Positions 46,101 to 52,100 of a DNA stretch of 64,000 nucleotides are shown in pieces. This DNA is from Candidatus Gottesmanbacteria bacterium (GTDB taxonomy: Bacteria > Patescibacteriota > Microgenomatia > UBA10105 > UBA927), in contig JAHFKN010000004.1 in the NCBI GenBank assembly GCA_023245355.1, positions 25,309-89,308 of the forward strand, in the 5' to 3' direction. A program made the position numbers and the translations under genes. The notes under the pieces were generated by a model that ran no database searches, was not told the DNA's origin, and saw only the letters and a program-made list of their open reading frames with translations. Every line of letters begins with the position of its first letter. Position 1 is the stretch's first letter.

Positions 46101-49100
46101 GGTCGTATACGACGATAAACCGTTTGTTTCCGCGGTTTTTCAGCGCATATTCAGCGGTAAATTTTTCTATCGAGGTCCCGCTGGAATCGCCCTCAATAGA
46201 ACGCACATAGACTCCGTCTTTGTATACCTGCACTTTCCGGGTTTCGGCCACATTGTTATCGTTATTGACGACAATCACCTCGACGTCAGGCCCCATGCGT
46301 CGCGCTTCGGATAATACCTGACCAAGGGCAATCTCACGCCCGACTTCCTTAAGATCCAAAATGACGCGTGCGGCCTGTCCCTCTGCTAAATCTCCGATGA
46401 TCATGTTGGCAAGCGCACTCACTTTTTTCCATGCAAACTGACGCACCGCATTATCGCCGAAGATAAGATTGCGGCTCGTAAAGTCAGGGTTCGGAACTTT
46501 AAGCGTCATCCCGAGAGATAATTTTGCATCCAATACCACGCTGTCGGGAGTACCGGTAAATCCGTACAGGCGGGGTGAATAGTGACCGCTCGAGAGTATC
46601 TGTTTCCATGTCGAGGATTCTCCCTGATTCGACACGGTCACGGTATCAATCCGTAATGCTACGTCACTATGGTCCACATTGTTCCCCCGCATCGCTTCCT
46701 GTATGCGGTATCCCACTGTTTCGAGCGCCAATGCGGCGAGCGCTTCCTGCGGCCTGGTGTTCTGCAGCCTCCCACCGCCATCGCCGTATACCAATTGATT
46801 GTTCGCATCAAATCCGTACCCGTTGGTAGAGCGGGACGCGTGCTCAATAATCGCGTTCATCGCCCCTACCCGTTCCCCGAATTCGGACTTGAATGCAGAC
46901 GGTGTATCGCCGGATTTGTAATACCGGTCGAATGCGGCTACGACATCCCGGGGGTTCGTCCTGGGGTTTCCTGCATCATCCACACTAATCCTATTTTCCG
47001 ATAGAAATTGATCAAACGAACGGGTGTCTCCCTGTGCTTTACTGGCATCAAATGCCTGGCGGGCTGCCTCTGTCACCATGTCGCGGTACATTCCCTGAGC
47101 CGTATCGTTATCTGCTAACACATTGTGTTCGCCGGAACGGGTAAACAGCTCGACTGATGACTTCCGGGTTTGTACGGCAACTGCCATATCTTCAAATGAG
47201 CGCACGGCATTTGCCTCGTACATACTACGGTATTTCTGTACCAAACCAGGGCTCTTCTGACTCACCAACTCCTGCATCTGTCCGCCGGATGAAAATCGGG
47301 TACCGGCTGCTATCACATCAAATTCGTCAACCAACAACATGGCATCTTTGGTCGTTTTCAAAAATGCCTGGGTTAACGGATCGTCGGCACGTGATGCATG
47401 GAATTCATACGGCGTTTCGACGGTCGCGGAATACACAACGTCAGCGTCTGCCATGGCGCGCACAGCACGGGCATCTTTTCCGTCCAGTGTTACTACCGTG
47501 TTACTGGCGGCGTCAAAAAACGTTACTTCTCTGCCCTGCATGTTGTAATAGACTGCTTTCACGCCGTTTCTGGAATGCACTTGCGGGCCGTATTCACGGA
47601 TCATCCCCTGCACATCTGCCCAGGTCGTCGCCAGCACGTGTACCTTCGTGCCCGTCAGTACTACTTTAGAATCTGCAATTGCATTCAGGAGAAATGACGA
47701 CTTCCCCAATCCCGTTGCCCCGTCATATAACACACCCATGACTCCGGCGCTTCCGTCTATCTGCGTATCAAAAATGGCGTCATAGAAAATACCGGATTGA
47801 TCCAGTCTGCCGTCAGGATTGTTGGGGCCGGACATGCGAAGATCCGTCCCTTTCCCGTTGATTGCGCTCCAGTTTGTCTCCAGCGTATCTAAGAATTTCG
47901 ACACATCCGCGAGCCGCTGCGAGGCTGCTCTACTTGGTTTTCTGCCTTTACCCGTAGTGTCTTCTAGCATGAGCGTGTTATCTTCACCTCTCACGACACG
48001 GAACCCGTCGTTTCGTATCGCTTCCGCAGTAACCCGGAGTTTGCCCACCGTATCAACCGTGCGAAGCTGAATATCTGCTACACGCGCTCCGCCGAATATT
48101 TTGCTTATACGCACAAAAAGTGAACGGTTGGCTCTCGCCTGCACAGATTCAAACGCAGCAAGCGCATCGGCAGATTTAATCTCTAAATCTTTGATGGATT
48201 GTTCGAGTTCTGCCGGCACCGGCTTCCCTTCGGCTTCCAGAGTACGTTTGAGGCTTTCCGCTTCCGCACGACGCTCTTCAGCCACGATGTAGTTATACCG
48301 GGCATCAAGGCTTTGTTCCTGTATCGCTCTTCCGCTTAACACGTCGGCTATCCCCCTGCCGGTATTTGGCGTTTTGGTAATGTTGGAAACAAATTCGGAA
48401 AACTTCCCGCGGAGCGTCCCTGCGTAGGCTACCGATGCACGGAGCGATTCTGCTTTTGCCGCGACGACTTTGGCCTGCTGCTGCAACGGGGCTAATTCCT
48501 GCGTTTCGATTTGAGCGGCTATTGTCCTGCGTTCAGCAACGTTCGGATGCAGGTCGCGCTCAGTTGCTACCGCATTTACCCTGTCCAATGCTTCCTGCGC
48601 ACGGCTGACTGAACGCTCTGCTATGGCTATCGCTTCATCTGATGCATTGCGGGCTCTAAGATCCGTCAGTGCCCGATTGGCATCATCGACCTGTTTTGTA
48701 CGCAGTGCGATATCTTCTGATATATCCGGCTTATCAAACAGCTGTATGCGGTCCTCAGCTGCAATGATTTGTTCGTCTAACCCTACCAATGTTTCCTTGG
48801 TAGTTTTAAGCTGGTCGGCATATGTTTTCTGTGCGGCCGTATAGGTGTATGTTGTTGCTGTTTCCTCTGCAGACTGAACATGGCTGAGTGCTTCGGAATA
48901 CACCGGTGAAGACGGATCCGTCGTCTTTGCAATTTCTTCAAACGCGTCTATAGCCGCACGGTAATCACGGACCTCCGTAGGTTCCCGCCCCAACACCTGA
49001 TCACGAACGCGTTCCGCAAACGAACGCGGATCATGAAGTGTTGTTGCTGCCTGTTCGGTCGCTACTACCCGCTGTGACATTTCAACTGACCGGCGGGCAG

Positions 49101-52100
49101 CTTCGATCATGCCGCCTGTCACTACCTGCTCTACCGGCAACCCTGCAGCATCATAGGTACCGGTCGGTACGGAAGATTTAACGGTGCCGTCCGGATTTAC
49201 ATACTTTTGCCAGATATCAACGGCGTCAGCAAGCGCACGCTCAGCGGGTGTCATTTGCGCAGGATCTTTTGTTAATGTTTTGTCTTTTGTCGCCTGGGTG
49301 ATAATCGAATTTGTCTGCGAAACAGCTTGTGCTGCCGCCCCGATCGCTGAACCAAGACGCGTCTGTACGTCAAGCTGGAGCGCTGCCCGGTTCGTTCCGT
49401 CTACATGCACGGTTTGACCGTTAAACGTAATGTCGCTCGGAAAGATAAGTGACGCGTTGCCTAACTCTACCGCGTCTGCCAGAGCCTGTGCGCGAGCAAC
49501 AAACGGGTCATCGATCCGTACAAGATCTGCCTGAGATTGGTGCAGGGCAGACTCACCGACAGACAAACCGGCCATCATGACGTTCGTGGCACAGCTTTCA
49601 AACGGAACCGTCCCGAGTGCTGCTGCCGTACACGCGACACCCGCTTGGGCAGTGTTTACGATTTGATCGGCGCGCATCAGCGTCCGTGCAGTTGCTGACT
49701 GCGGAGCGCTGGCTACAATCGGCGCCGTAACTAAACGGCCGGCAGAAACCATGGTCATGCCGGCAGACACCAGACAATCAGCGCTTAACCCAGTCTCCGC
49801 ACAGGTCTGAATTGTTTGGCTTCCGAAAACCGCTGTCCCCAACGCATTCCGTCCCATCTGCACGGCAAGCGGCTCACTTGATCCGCTGAATACCGTCCGT
49901 GCGAGATTTTGCGTAACGGCATTGGTTTGCTGAAGTAATACTTCCTGCGTTACGGCAACACGTCCTGCTTGCCGTGCTAACACGGCCAAATCAGCTACGG
50001 CAGCGTCTGCAGGCGAAATGAGCCGCGCAACCCCCGATAGTTTACTCCCGGTCGTTAATGCAATATCAGCGCTGTCCAGCAACGTCAGCGTACCCTGCTG
50101 AATCCGTTCGATACGGGCAACCCGCGCCATGGCGTTAAGTCCCCGGGATGCCGGCAAAATGGATGATGCGGCAAACAATGTCATACCCGCTGACTGCAGA
50201 CAGGCGCTCGTGTTCATATCCGCATGCATTGTGCACACCTGTGCCGTATCCTGAGCACTGGAACCGGTCATATAAATACTCATGGACTCCCCTGCAATCG
50301 CGAGCGCTGACTGCGCAGTCAGTGCCGCAGCCCCGAGCTGCGCAATCCGAAGCGGCGGCACAACAATTGCCACGGCAGTCATAACCGGCTTTGCCGTCAT
50401 CATGACCGGTGCCCGGATATTACGGTCATACCATGATGCATTCGGATCATCCCGTATCAGCTGTCCTTCAAGTAATGCACCGTTTTCAAATTTATTAAGT
50501 CCGATTGCTACGACAGCCAGCGGATCCGTCGCAACTATATGTTCGTATGCCCGCTGACCGGCTGCGATATCTACTGTTCCGTTAAGCACTCCCTCCAATG
50601 TCACGTCCACATTGCCGGAGGATAATAAAAATCTTGCATCCTCAGACTGTATATACGCGGAAACCTGCTCATGCTGATACTTCTGGATGGCGGATATATC
50701 GGTCGTTCCGAGTTTTTGCCCTACCTGTTGCTGCAATGACTCCTGTGCCGCAGGGTTCAGATTGACTATGTATGCACTGGCCAACGCATTTGCCTGGGCA
50801 ACTTGAATCTCTTTTTTCGCCTTATCAAACGCACTCTGCTCCTCAGGGGTGATAACCCCGACGACGGACGCCTGATGCATCGCCTGTTGTGCTTTCTTAT
50901 ATTCTGCGTTTGCCGTATCCAGACTCGTTTTTAACGCGTCCATGCTGTTGTTGCCGGAAAGAGCCGCGTTCACGACCCACTGGGGATCAATCGCCATCAG
51001 ATCTTTTGCCCCCTCAATCTTATAAACGCCGGTATTGATATTGTCCGTAATCGCATACCCGACCGCTACACGGTGGGTAAGAAAATCTTCCGTCGTCTGT
51101 TTTTTGGGATCGGCCGTCTTTTTCCATGTGTCATATTCGAGTTTGAGTTCCGGATCCGTTTTAAGTTGTATTTCAAAATTCTTGATAAGATCAGGATTGG
51201 TCGTTACGGCATAATCAACAACGACGACCGCTGATTGTTGTTGCTGAAGAGTAGCAAGCTCAGGGTTTAACCTCGTGGTAAATGCGCCGTTACTGACCGA
51301 ATTTGCGACACTGACAAGCGGCATGAGCGTCTGTTTCCAGGGTTCGATTGACGCCATCGCCCTATCCACACTGCGCTCACCTGATAATACCTGATTAAGA
51401 TACGCTGCTTCGCTGACAGGATCATCCGCACGTACCAAACCTAATTGCACCAACTTCGGTTTATTTTCATAATATTGCTGCATCTGATGCTCAAGATAAT
51501 CTTCAGTTGTAGTCCCCGGATTTGCTTTCAGCCATGCCTGTGCTTCGGGATTAGCGTTTTGTGCTGCTATATAGGTTTTTTTGTTGTCCTCAGGAAGCAG
51601 CGCGACATATCCCTGCGCCTGTGTCGTTGCGTCTTTTTCACTCATCCCGAACAGGTTGTTAAATGACGTTTTGGTTTTCGTAATAACCGTGTTTAACCAT
51701 GTTTCACCGACACGGGTTGTAGTTGTGGTGGCAGGCCCATACCCGGGAGGACGGCTTGCCATAACAGGATGTAATTCGTCATAGAGCGCCGTGGGCACAA
51801 CCTTCCCGGACTGCACGTCAGCTAAAAATGACAGATATTTGCCGTCAGCTTCCAGTTCCGGCCGGAGTTTTTCAATTGCGTCCATTTGCGCCTGATCAAA
51901 TGACGCCTGCCATATCGCTTCCGTTTTCCCGGCAGTGCTTCTTCCCTGTTGTAATTGCTCTTTTTTCCACTCTTCGTAGGCACTGGAATATTCACTGTCA
52001 GGATTCATAGCAACCAGCGATTGCGGAGCTGCCTGCTGCTGTTGTTGTTGCTGCTGCTTAACCGCATCGACAATCTGCGGCGCCACCTGTTTTTCCAGTG

